A stretch of DNA of 22,979 nt, from assembly GCA_905331485.1 (NCBI GenBank), contig CAJNYT010001465.1, positions 1 through 22,979 on the forward strand. Direction: 5' to 3'. Shown here one piece after another: positions 10,983 to 20,454 of the stretch. This DNA is from Rotaria socialis. Taxonomy: Eukaryota. Made by a program: the position numbers and the translations under genes. Each line of letters starts with the position of its first letter. Position 1 is the stretch's first letter. A model generated the notes under the pieces. The model had not been told where the DNA came from. It did no database searches and saw only the letters and a list, made by a program, of their open reading frames with translations.

Positions 10983-11771
10983 TTTGATCGATTTAATGCC
11001 AACATTGAAATCATCATCGCTGGTATTGTCACTTTCAAGTTTATTATAAATTGAAGAAAATGGATCAATACGAGGACGTTTTGCTGCTGGAACATGACAA
11101 TGTAAATCAATAGCAAGACGACTTGCTGCAGGTTGAATATTCTCAATATTATATTTGCGTTCATTATCCACAGAAACTGTAACAGTTGTACTTGTCTTTC
11201 TTGTTTCTAATGTAGATTTCTTTGGAGTTTCCTGTTCCAATGATTTATTTATAACTGTTGATTCTAAAGTTTCAGCTTTACGTTTTCGGCTTAAACTTGT
11301 TTCACTTGTGAACAATGATGGATTATTTAAATTCGACGATGCAAGCAATGTATTATTAGCGGGAAATGCTGCAGTGGACAGAAATGATGATGTCGTAGAA
11401 GTAGTGTTGAATAATGTTGATGAGGATGTTTTAGGTGCAATAGAAAAGAGAGATGATGAAGTTAATGATGTCAATGGAGTATTTGATTGCGTCGATGAAA
11501 AAGATGTTTTAACTGTAGTATTTATTAAGGTTGAGGGTGCTGATGGTTTGGATGAAGCTCCCAGCAGCGTTGATGAAGTAAAAAGACTCGATGGTTTGCT
11601 TGTACTCGATCCTGATAGAAGGGAGCTTGTTGTATTAAATGTTGATGAAGATAAAAGACTTGAGCCTTGTAACAATGAATTATTGGTAAGCGTTGTACTT
11701 TTTGTTGACAAGAGCGAACCTTTAGTAGACAATAATGAGGATGCCGTCGATGGCTTTTTTGGATCAGCCAT
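10983..11771 (-). CDS. TEP1: TEP1-like exon 1. It holds the start codon and the S/T/L-rich low-complexity N-terminal region (SLLS-type repeats).
   Basis: ATG at 11771 gives MADPKKPSTASSLLSTKGSLLSTK.... The ORF runs to a GT donor (gtttga) at 10982-10981. It ends in phase 0, consistent with exon 2. Confidence 0.6.
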
Positions 11772-12386
11772 TTTCTTTTGCTCACTATTTTAACTACTTG
11801 TAGACGTCTGAAAGAATGAAACGCAAGTAAAAAATAACCTGAGTATTTAAACACAAATATCTGAAGCAACGATTTAGTTAAGAAAGAAATAACGTTGCAC
11901 AACCCAGAAGAAAGAAAAGCAAATAAACGTGATGGTGTTTTGATTCATTTTTAGCAAAAAAAGGCAAGTTGACAGCTGATGGTGTAAGAACAACTCGAAT
12001 ACTTACAAAAATTTTTTTTCTTTCATGATTTTGCAAAAGCAGATAAACTTCATATGCAGGTAAAGCAGAACAGCGATTGAATAGCAAATTTATCTATAGT
12101 CGCGCCATCTATGCCAATGAAATGTATATCGAAAAAAAATTTCTATATAGAAAATCAAATGAAAAAGAATTCAATATTGAAAAAAATATTAAAAACCAGT
12201 TAAAAATGTAAGAATTTCAGTAATAAAACACTGAGGACATTCGCTTAGCGACATGGATAAAGCGGTGCCTTGTTCTATTCATCCAGTCAACGATAACCAC
12301 AAAAAAATGAAACTATCAAGTCATAATCTCTTGATATTTTAGAGTAAAGAAATGTTCTTCGATAACTGACTCTTATCCAGACAATC
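11772..12386. promoter_or_regulatory. Putative bidirectional promoter/5' UTR region shared by the divergently oriented TEP1-like (minus) and CEP78-like (plus) genes.
   Basis: A 615-bp interval between the two initiator ATGs (11771 minus, 12387 plus). No core promoter elements were confidently identified, so this is a positional inference only. Confidence 0.3.
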
Positions 12387-12544
12387 ATGCGTGTTGATCC
12401 AATATCTAAAACAACATCTGATGTTCAATGTGATTTTAGCTCTAAATATGATGATCATTGTCGTCAATATCATTTATTGCCTTTGTCAAGTGTAAAAATC
12501 AAACTTGATTCTGGAATTATTGATTTAGACACAGATAGTCTTCG
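12387..12544 (+). CDS. CEP78: CEP78-like exon 1 (start codon).
   Basis: First ATG after an in-frame TAA at 12363. Translates MRVDPISKTTSDVQCDFSSKYDDHCRQYHLLPLSSVKIKLDSGIIDLDTDSLR. GTATGC donor at 12545. Confidence 0.7.
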
Positions 12545-12586
12545 GTATGCATCGTAAAATGTTTTCTTTTCTTCGCATAAAACCAG

Positions 12587-12705
12587 TTCACTTAGATTTG
12601 ATGATTGGACACCATTATGTTCGGCTATTGGTACATGTAAAACACTTCGTTCTCTTACATTACGTAGTCAATACTATAATTCATTGTCGAACAATTTTGC
12701 CGAAG
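12587..12705 (+). CDS. CEP78: CEP78-like exon 2.
   Basis: Acceptor aaaaccag. Translates (R)SLRFDDWTPLCSAIGTCKTLRSLTLRSQYYNSLSNNFAE, matching human CEP78 [26 protein letters not shown]. GT donor. Phase is consistent. Confidence 0.7.
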
Positions 12706-12764
12706 GTTTTACTTTTATATCAAAAAATAAATTGACATATTTTTAATTCATTTCATTTATTTAG

Positions 12765-12949
12765 CTGAACGGCGAACATTAAAACGAGCTTCATCAGCTT
12801 CCAAACGTCCACCAATATTTCAATCAAAAGAATTATTGTCAAAAATCTGTACACATATCAAGGATAGTTTATTGATAACAACAGAACTTGTTTTATTGGA
12901 ATTCGATGGTCTTCCATTTCGACGTAAAGATTTAACAACATTAGCTCAG
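12765..12949 (+). CDS. CEP78: CEP78-like exon 3 (LRR).
   Basis: Acceptor tttatttag. Translates AERRTLKRASSASKRPPIFQSKELLSKICTHIKDSLLITTELVLLEFDGLPFRRKDLTTLAQ, aligning to CEP78 ...[26 protein letters not shown] donor. Confidence 0.75.
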
Positions 12950-13000
12950 GTATAGAGAAATTAAAAGTTATTGTTTATCGTCAATTCTAATTGTTTTCAG

Positions 13001-13073
13001 GGAATTGCCAAATGTAAATCACTCATCCATTTTCGTCTTACGAATAGTCCAATTGGCGATGAAGGACTTGATA
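13001..13073 (+). CDS. CEP78: CEP78-like exon 4 (LRR).
   Basis: Translates GIAKCKSLIHFRLTNSPIGDEGLD, compared with CEP78 [22 protein letters not shown]. Acceptor ttgttttcag, donor GTAAGA. Confidence 0.8.
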
Positions 13074-13129
13074 GTAAGATGATTTGCTTTGTTGAAAATA
13101 CGAAAAACGAAAACCTATCTTTCTTTTAG

Positions 13130-13233
13130 TCCTTTGTCGGCATTTGAATCAAGCACCAAAAATTCGTGAAGTCGACTTTTCAGCTTGTTCACTCACCAGC
13201 CAAGGTGCACACATTATTGCTGATCTTATCAGA
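13130..13233 (+). CDS. CEP78: CEP78-like exon 5 (LRR).
   Basis: Translates ILCRHLNQAPKIREVDFSACSLTSQGAHIIADLIR, compared with CEP78 [35 protein letters not shown]. Donor GTAAGG. Confidence 0.8.
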
Positions 13234-13804
13234 GTAAGGTCATAGTTTAAAGAGCAAAATTTTTTATTGGAGTTACAAAAGTTGATACGAGATAAGCGAA
13301 TAGGTGTATATAATAAAACGAAGAAGAAAAAAAACACAGTACTGAATAAAGTTACATCGATTGACAAATACTGATGTTAACAAATAATATTGATTGGTTG
13401 TGATTAAAAACTTTCAAGTTCCAATGTATTATATCCTAATACTGTTAGATCAGTTTCACTGACAATATCTTCTTCGTCGAAAAATCTTGCATGTTGTGGT
13501 TGAAAAAATAACAGAATGATAACCATCAATACAAGCATTGCAATAAATAAAAGACTAATTATAGCAGCTAGATGACCGTATGACATGAAGAATTCTTTAG
13601 AAAAAAACGACATCGTTTGATTATTCATTTTCATGACTGAAAAAAAAGTAGTCCGTAGAACTGAATTGTAAGAGGAACCTACTATTATGGCAAAGAACGG
13701 AGTTTTTCTTCTCGCGTGTTCAATATATTTCATGACTTAGAAGAAACAGAATTATTAAATCATATGCAATAAACTATAAACAACTGGCGTTTTCATTTTT
13801 GTAG

Positions 13805-14003
13805 CAACAAGGCAATCGACGTCATACAGATGTTTGGAAAGAAAGTCTTCGTCATCAACAAAAAGAAAGTTTACCATATCAAAATCCAATGCTTGATCAT
13901 ATGTCTGGTTTACGACGTGTAACACTCAATCGAAATTCATTAATTGCTGATCGTGGTGCAACATTTCTAGCTGAAGTACTAGAAGCCGATCTTTGGATCA
14001 AGG
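13805..14003 (+). CDS. CEP78: CEP78-like exon 6 (LRR).
   Basis: Translates QQGNRRHTDVWKESLRHQQKESLPYQNPMLDHMSGLRRVTLNRNSLIADRGATFLAEVLEADLWIK, compared with CEP78 [58 protein letters not shown]. Acceptor tttttgtag, donor GTAACT. Confidence 0.85.
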
Positions 14004-14442
14004 GTAACTATTTATTCGACGATAAATAATTTAATTATGGAATTTCAATTCCACCGAGACCTGATTTTGTTTTTATTAGAAAGCAAAATTAATTTGATGA
14101 AAGAATACAGTTTTCTAAAATTATCTATCTATTTTTTACATCACAGTTGTTTATAGTTAAAAGATATTAGTTTTTTCTTTCATTCCTTTAATAGAATTAA
14201 TCGGAAGTAGTTTTTTTAGCCTCGACAACTGCTCTTAAAATCGATGAGATGACATACAATTAAGTCATTGACATAAATGCCATTCCGTGCATTGATTAAG
14301 CAGGAAATAGAATGTTTTCTTTTCCTTACGATATATTCGTAGTATCGTGCAAAAATGAATTAAATATTTAATTATGTAAACAAAAATTTCTCGATATGCT
14401 TTTGATCTAAGATAATAAACGACTATTGGTTTTCTTTTTCAG

Positions 14443-14624
14443 CACTCGATCTTCAAGATTGTGCTATATCAACAAATGGTGCAAAAGAATTTTTAAATGC
14501 AGCTAAATACAATAGTCTGATACATATCATTGATATTCGTAATAATCCTCTTGTTGATCGTGATATCATGGAGAAATTAATTGAACAATTGTTAATTAAT
14601 TGTGAAGATGATCGTTTGTGTGAA
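14443..14624 (+). CDS. CEP78: CEP78-like exon 7 (LRR).
   Basis: Translates ALDLQDCAISTNGAKEFLNAAKYNSLIHIIDIRNNPLVDRDIMEKLIEQLLINCEDDRLCE, compared with CEP78 [51 protein letters not shown]. Acceptor tttctttttcag, donor GTTTGT. Confidence 0.85.
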
Positions 14625-14677
14625 GTTTGTATTCGATTAAAGATAAAATAAGAATTCATTTCCTTGTTAAAATTTAG

Positions 14678-14892
14678 TATAAATGGTTAAAACTTGAATC
14701 TCCTCGACGGCCTCGTTCAAAAATTGCTCGAACAACAACAACAACTGGTGCTAATCGACCAGCTTATTTCAATCCCAAAACACCTGTTGATCCAGCTAAG
14801 TTACAACGAAGTAAATCCACTGGGTCTGTTTCAACTGAACCCAGAAGTGATGGAATACCATGGAGAACAGCTGCTCGTGCAAGTCGATTACC
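14678..14892 (+). CDS. CEP78: CEP78-like exon 8 (linker).
   Basis: Translates YKWLKLESPRRPRSKIARTTTTTGANRPAYFNPKTPVDPAKLQRSKSTGSVSTEPRSDGIPWRTAARASRLP, compared with CEP78 YQWITSP...FLPWRTAERAKRHRG. Donor GTATGT, phase 2. Confidence 0.75.
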
Positions 14893-15158
14893 GTATGTTT
14901 ATATGTACATAAAAAACAAATTCATTCTAAAAGGAAAGCATGACTAACCACCTATAATATTGATAAATCGAATTGATATAATTTTTACTTGTATATCAAT
15001 ATCCAAACTATTTCCTCATGTACATATTTTAAGAGTTGAGCATGGATTATGAAAAGAGTTTTGAATATAAATTACTTGAATCTTTTGACAGATATAGTGG
15101 TTTTCTTTGTCTACTTACAAAGTGTTCATTTATTTGAGAGTCTCATTGCTTTTCTTAG

Positions 15159-15270
15159 GGGATTTCCACCTAAATTACCAACACGTGGCTTCCATTCATC
15201 AGAAGAATCGATTTATGGCAATGGTACTGGTGGTGATTTGCAACAGCAACAATTAAAAGAAAATCCAATT
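15159..15270 (+). CDS. CEP78: CEP78-like exon 9.
   Basis: Translates (P)GFPPKLPTRGFHSSEESIYGNGTGGDLQQQQLKENPI. Acceptor ttttcttag; the 5' end could shift by 1-3 nt. Donor GTATGT. Confidence 0.65.
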
Positions 15271-15330
15271 GTATGTTGTTTGAAAAGATATTTTTGAAAT
15301 TAGATTCATAGTCATAGTTGATTGTTTTAG

Positions 15331-15408
15331 AGTCGAATTCAACGATTAGAAAGTAAATTACGCGAAGAGCGGCAAGCTAAACGACAATTAGAAGAACAAC
15401 TTCAACAA
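15331..15408 (+). CDS. CEP78: CEP78-like exon 10 (coiled coil).
   Basis: Translates SRIQRLESKLREERQAKRQLEEQLQQ. Acceptor ttgttttag, donor GTAAAA. Confidence 0.75.
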
Positions 15409-15462
15409 GTAAAATAAATATTCTACTTCGTATTATTAATGTTTTATCTATTTATTAATTAG

Positions 15463-15572
15463 GTTTTATCAAAAAATGATCTAGCGCAACGAGAACAGGA
15501 TCATTTTTGTGCAGTAGTAGAAAATACATTTCAGAAATTTCAAAAATTTCTAGATTTTCTTAGATCAAAACG
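15463..15572 (+). CDS. CEP78: CEP78-like exon 11.
   Basis: Translates VLSKNDLAQREQDHFCAVVENTFQKFQKFLDFLRSK(R), compared with CEP78 ENSFQKFHAFLDLLKD. Donor GTACAT. Confidence 0.8.
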
Positions 15573-15631
15573 GTACATTTCTTTGTTTTTCAAAATTGAG
15601 TTGAAAAATAAACAATCCTTCTATTTTACAG

Positions 15632-15836
15632 ATTGGGTGAATTAATAACAATGGCTGGCCTTGATGATGCATTTACTAATCCACTTGAAGAACGTCGTGA
15701 GACACCATTAAACATTGCCAATGGATCGAATACAAATCATCAAACGGTAGTTGCAGAGAACAATGATGAACGATTACAATCATCCTCATCCTCATCATCA
15801 ACATCGGGATCCATAGATACGAATATGAAAAGTTAA
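15632..15836 (+). CDS. CEP78: CEP78-like exon 12 (terminal).
   Basis: Translates (R)LGELITMAGLDDAFTNPLEERRETPLNIANGSNTNHQTVVAENNDERLQSSSSSSSTSGSIDTNMKS, then TAA, compared with CEP78 LGQLATMAGID. Acceptor ttctattttacag. Confidence 0.85.
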
Positions 15837-15938
15837 TTGTGATTCTTTTGCTTTCCATTGCTCAACGATGTTCAACTGTTCGCTTTCGTTTTACACATAG
15901 GATCTCTTTATTAATTTCTGAATGTAATTTTGTTTCTT

Positions 15939-15972
15939 TTGTGTGAGTGTGCGTGCGTGTGTGTTTGTGTGC
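15939..15972. repeat. Imperfect (GT/GC)n microsatellite in the CEP78 3' UTR.
   Basis: ttttgtgtgagtgtgcgtgcgtgtgtgtttgtgtgc. Confidence 0.8.
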
Positions 15973-17486
15973 TATTGCTCGTTTCATATTTGGACAGTTT
16001 TGCTAATATTCTTGTTTGTTGTTTTTTTCTACTTCGAGTACACGTCGTCATTCGATGACAAAGCGAACCGAAGAATGCTTTATTCAGTGAACGAATGTAT
16101 AAAAAAAAAAGAGATGCATATTAGATTATGTTCATTAAATATTTGGTTATTTTTCATAATAAATAATAATGTAGAATGGTTGAAAAAATTCATCTCCATT
16201 TACAAAGTGAATAGAATTACGACAATGTTTGACAAATGTTCCAGCTGTGACCATCCCCTTCCAGGAAACTACAATACAACAATAGCTTCTCCACAACTTT
16301 ACCGTTCATAAAAGTCACAGTAATTATTTTTCATCATATCACATTCGTGTTCACAACTATCTTAATGAATATGGTGTTTTTTTTTTATTCTAGCAATCAA
16401 TTACAGAATTCATAGACCAGGAATTTCTGCTGTCAGTCTTACCATACGCATCTATTGTTTGCTCACAAGCACAATTTCATTTCTTTTAGTATATTATCTC
16501 ATTGCGATAGTTCTGAATGGTTAATATATTTTTCGTTAATTGTGAATAATAGAGCGTATGCTTTTTTTTAGAAATATAATAGGCCCAAGCGGACTAAAAA
16601 ATAATGCATATACTAGATGTGGCAAGCATTTGAAAATATGAAACATATTTTTCGTAGGTTCTGTTGCGATTTCGGGCCCATTGGCAGGCACCGAATTCCA
16701 AGCACTTAAAAACTGCGAAGTTTCGAGTAAACGAAAAACAGATACAAATGGTGAAGTTGAATTTTGATTTCGTAAAATTTCTTCAAACATGGATCTATGT
16801 TCAGAATAGATTTTCCCTAATTTTCTAAAAGGTCTTCAACATTAAATGATGAAAAAATAAGAAATGAGACCGAAATCTACAAGCGTTTTTCTACTGATTT
16901 AGTTGTTTGAATCGTTGAAAAGATTAATAAATATTGATTTTATGCTTTGTCGTGTAAATTAATTATTTATCAAATAAGCTCTTTATTTCGTACTTGAAAC
17001 TCGATAAAAAAAAAAGCCTTTTCTTCAGTTACAGATGTCCAAAGTGTATTTTTCTTCAAATTAAAAATGTTTTCTTATTTTATTTTGTAAGTTATTGTGC
17101 ATTTTAAAATAACAATCTTTAAACTACTAATTAATTCACCTATGTCCCAATCTCCTTAATGCTGCTCATTTTGAAGACCGAATATGAAGCATCGATACGA
17201 AAAAAATCCTTTTCATTTTGATACCCTCGGGAAGACCCGATAGACTGGTCGAAAGCTTTGCGTTTTACTGACTTGTCGTCGAGCCATCTACGTATCAAAA
17301 ATTAACAATCCAAGGAATCCGTTTTGAATGTTGATGCCCACGATACCCTCAAATCGGTGAGTCAAAATCGAAATGTCTATTGGAGAAGGGTCACTTGGTT
17401 GACTCTCGCTCATGACTAAAGAATAAAAGTAAATACTGATAAAATTCAAATTTCTCACTTTCTAATCTTACACTGTCTTGAAATCC

Positions 17487-17500
17487 CTCTCTCTCTCTCT
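17487..17500. repeat. (CT)7 microsatellite.
   Basis: ctctctctctctct read directly from the sequence. Confidence 0.85.
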
Positions 17501-17984
17501 ATTTAATATATGATTCAAAGCAAACCTTTTTTTGTCAGTTGTTATCGTTTGGTCCTCAAATAGAATTTGAATGTGAATAGAGTATAGCAAAGCTTGTGAT
17601 TCTCGTGAATGGATTCATTTTTGTCAAAGTAAATTGATGAAACGACTGTGATTGTAGGTGTAGGCGGTTAAGCAAGTCGTGGAATTAATTGACATCAAAA
17701 GTGTTTTTATTTTTATTTGTTGCTGCAATCTTTGGTCGCATTCTATCGTATGTATATATATATTTACGCTACAATGTTCTTTCATAAATTTTTCCACGTA
17801 ATATTTCAAAATAACTCTTTGAATTAGCATGTTCAAGAAATATATATAGTGCTTAGAATAAGCTAATTATCTTCTACATCATCTTGTTCCACTTTTATTG
17901 TTGCCCAAACGAAAGTTCATGTCGTTTTCTATTTTAGAAATATGTAATTTTCCTTACGAAAAATTTGTTTAGAAAATTTAGAAC

Positions 17985-18036
17985 ATGCATCGTTTTGAAA
18001 TCTTGTCTATTTTTCTATACTGGATGAGTATTGTGG
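17985..18036 (+). CDS. Candidate exon 1 (signal peptide) of a secreted LDLa/MAM-domain protein.
   Basis: ATG then a hydrophobic MHRFEILSIFLYWMSIVG, immediately followed by a consensus GTAAGT donor. Its phase 1 joins in frame to the next exon at 18365. Confidence 0.4.
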
Positions 18037-18364
18037 GTAAGTTTTATAGATAGGAATGATTTTCTCAAAAAACATGTCCAGTTTGTTTTTATTAAACGTG
18101 AATCACATATTCCGAACGCAGTCAGGCAGTATAAAATTTTGATTTTTTTAGAAAAGACTACAGGGCATGAGTAAAGCGAAAATAAGAACCACAGCGCAAG
18201 TCTCGCTATAATTAAAGATAGTTAAATAGGTTTTTCTTCACAATGGCATACATTGTTTTAAATAGTCACTACAGAAATCGATGTAACACTCGTCAAAAAC
18301 AGTGCTACAGGTATTGATTGTAAATGATTTAAAAAAGGTTTTATTTTATTCAAGATTCATTTAG

Positions 18365-18469
18365 TTACTGTTGCAACAACAAGTTCATGTGAGGTTTCTA
18401 ATCAATTCATGTGCATGGAAAGCGGTCGATGCATTGATAAAGAAAAGATATGTGATACCAAAATTAGAT
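18365..18469 (+). CDS. LDLa/MAM protein exon 2 (LDL-receptor class A-type cysteine motif). The 3' boundary is ambiguous: the donor is at 18470 (gtagat) or 18497 (gtcata), and both are in phase.
   Basis: Acceptor ttcatttag. Translates (V)TVATTSSCEVSNQFMCMESGRCIDKEKICDTKI(R), the start of a C-x5-F-x-C-x3-G-x-C-I...CD pattern. Confidence 0.45.
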
Positions 18470-18525
18470 GTAGATTTAATATCCAATCACGCCCACGTCA
18501 TAATTTTATTTGAAAAACACATCAG

Positions 18526-19427
18526 TCGACAATCTAAAGAGATTTTTATTTAAGGTATGCGACTTTATTGTTGATTGCCAAAATGCCGGTGATGAACATT
18601 CATGTAGTAATTGTACACTTGATGGCACACCAAGTTCTTTATGTGGTTGGAATGGTGTTAGTAAAGGGTCACTTATGTGGAAACTTCGTTCAAACGGAGC
18701 ATTAGCCGCAGATAATCAACGATCACCATTTGATCATGCATCATATAGTCCTACTGGGAATTATATGTATTTATCAACATCGGATGGAACGGCTCTAAAT
18801 TTATCAGCACGCTTAATAACACCTGTTCTTAGCCAAGCAAGTTCAACATGTCTTCTGGAATTCTGGGTTTACTTAACTGGTGTTTCATCAAATCAATTGA
18901 ATGCTAAGTTATTAACTGATAATCAAACTGAACGAGCAATATTACAACAATTTCATTATCACGCAATGACCAATTGGGCAAAAGTAAATATTATAATTGG
19001 TCGTGTTGATGTACCATTTCAAATATCATTTGATTCAAAACATTCAACAACACTTCGATGGGTTGCTATTGACGATACGAACATCGCTCGCTGTCATTTA
19101 CCTCCGATTGTTAATGCAAGCGAATGTCAAGCAGCAGATCGATTTCACTGTGCACGTGGTTCCTGTATACCTAAAGTTCGTATTTGTGATACGACTGATG
19201 ATTGTGGTGATCATTCCGATGAATCACGTCGTCTATGTGCATCGTATCGAACATGTACATTTAATATATCATTCTGTGATTGGATACATGATAATTCAAT
19301 ACAATTCAAATCGCATCATGATCATCGAGATAAGTTGTTCAAATTGAATGAATTTATTCGTTGTTGGTTGACACTGCCAATAGGAATCAAAACATTTCAG
19401 ATAGAAAATGTCGCCAATGAACAATAA
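18526..19427 (+). CDS. LDLa/MAM protein large exon. It carries the LDLa C-terminal half (CDFIVDCQNAGDEHSC), a complete MAM domain, a complete LDLa domain and the start of a second MAM domain. The true 3' splice donor is unresolved; 19427 is the ORF stop and probably lies in intron read-through.
   Basis: MAM hallmarks: CSNCTLDGTPSSLCGWNG...TCLLEFWVYLTG...LRWVAIDDTNIARC. LDLa: CQAADRFHCARGSCIPKVRICDTTDDCGDHSDESRRLC. Then CTFNISFCDWIHD...SHHDHRD, which is a MAM N-terminus. Acceptor cacatcag at 18518-18525. Confidence 0.6.
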
Positions 19428-20454
19428 ATTCAATTTGAATGTAACTTGTCTCGATCGAAAAAAAAATTGAACAAACGAAACGAATATCTTAGACTATCAA
19501 GATTGAACTAATCAATTTAATGAGAGCAATGAAAAGACAACCATTCGTAAAAGGAATATAGAATATTATTTTACCAAATACATTAAATTATTTTTTCTTG
19601 AAATTTTTGTATTTTGCAAATATCTCAGCCGAGATAAATCGTATCATAATAGGATATTGCATCATTATAAGACCTGTTCAGTTTGACTATAGGAGACATC
19701 ATTGAAAGTACAAAGAGTACAACACATTGAACGATAGGCATAGACTAAAAATGTATTAAAGGTAGCTATAAACCATCCTTACTTTTTTGTGATATTTGGT
19801 TTTGCAGTAACCGAGATATATTTACTTTCTAAAATCATATTTACTTCATTGTTATTTCAAACTAATCCAATTTGAGCACGAGTAGAATATACAATAAACT
19901 ATGTAACTGTATTTATGATGCGAAGATAATTTTCTTTTTTTGAAATATACCAACACGAGATGAATCGATTTGAACGAAAATCATAACCTACTAATATAGT
20001 CTGTCTATTGTAAAAATATATAAACAGCTACTAACTCAAACATTGATTTAAGTTATGATAGTTTTCAATAGTTTGTTTCGTATTATACTCTTTTTAACTA
20101 ATCGGATCAAACAGCATGATTTCCTTTTTAAACATAACACAATGATATGCTTCTATATTTCATGTATCTTTAAATTTGCCAATGCGAAAAAAATCAAAAC
20201 AGTATATCTAATGTAGTACTTACGATTTTGTGGCTATTTGCCCTATTACTTATGATGGCCTTGAACAATTAGGAGTGGTTGATTTTAAATAGGAGTTATT
20301 CCGAGTGACATCTGAAATTGCGAATAATTAAGCTATTAAAAAAGTCAACACGAACGAAAAGAATCGCTCATCACGTTAGCTACTGTGATTCCGAAAAGAA
20401 GTGATTGGGGAATCAGAAAAAAAAGCAATGAGTTCCTTTGATACTTGAAAAAAG

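Noticed and set aside
11155-11793. 212-aa plus-strand ORF (V/D/L-rich)
   Set aside because: It is antisense to the Ser/Thr-rich TEP1 exon 1, and its open frame is a by-product of the codon bias of the sense strand (AGC/TCA/ACT repeats read in reverse). It has no start context or domain.
15943-16311. 122-aa plus-strand ORF just after the CEP78 stop
   Set aside because: It starts inside the (GT)n microsatellite of the 3' UTR and is hydrophobic and low-complexity (CVFVCYCSF..., LLIFLFVVFFYF). It is most likely a UTR read-through artefact.
17236-17275. Possible U5 snRNA (GCGUUUUACUGAC resembles the invariant U5 loop CCUUUUACUAAAG)
   Set aside because: Flanking sequence cannot form the U5 stem Ic/Ib, and no Sm site plus 3' stem follows; the resemblance is limited to a U-rich 7-mer.
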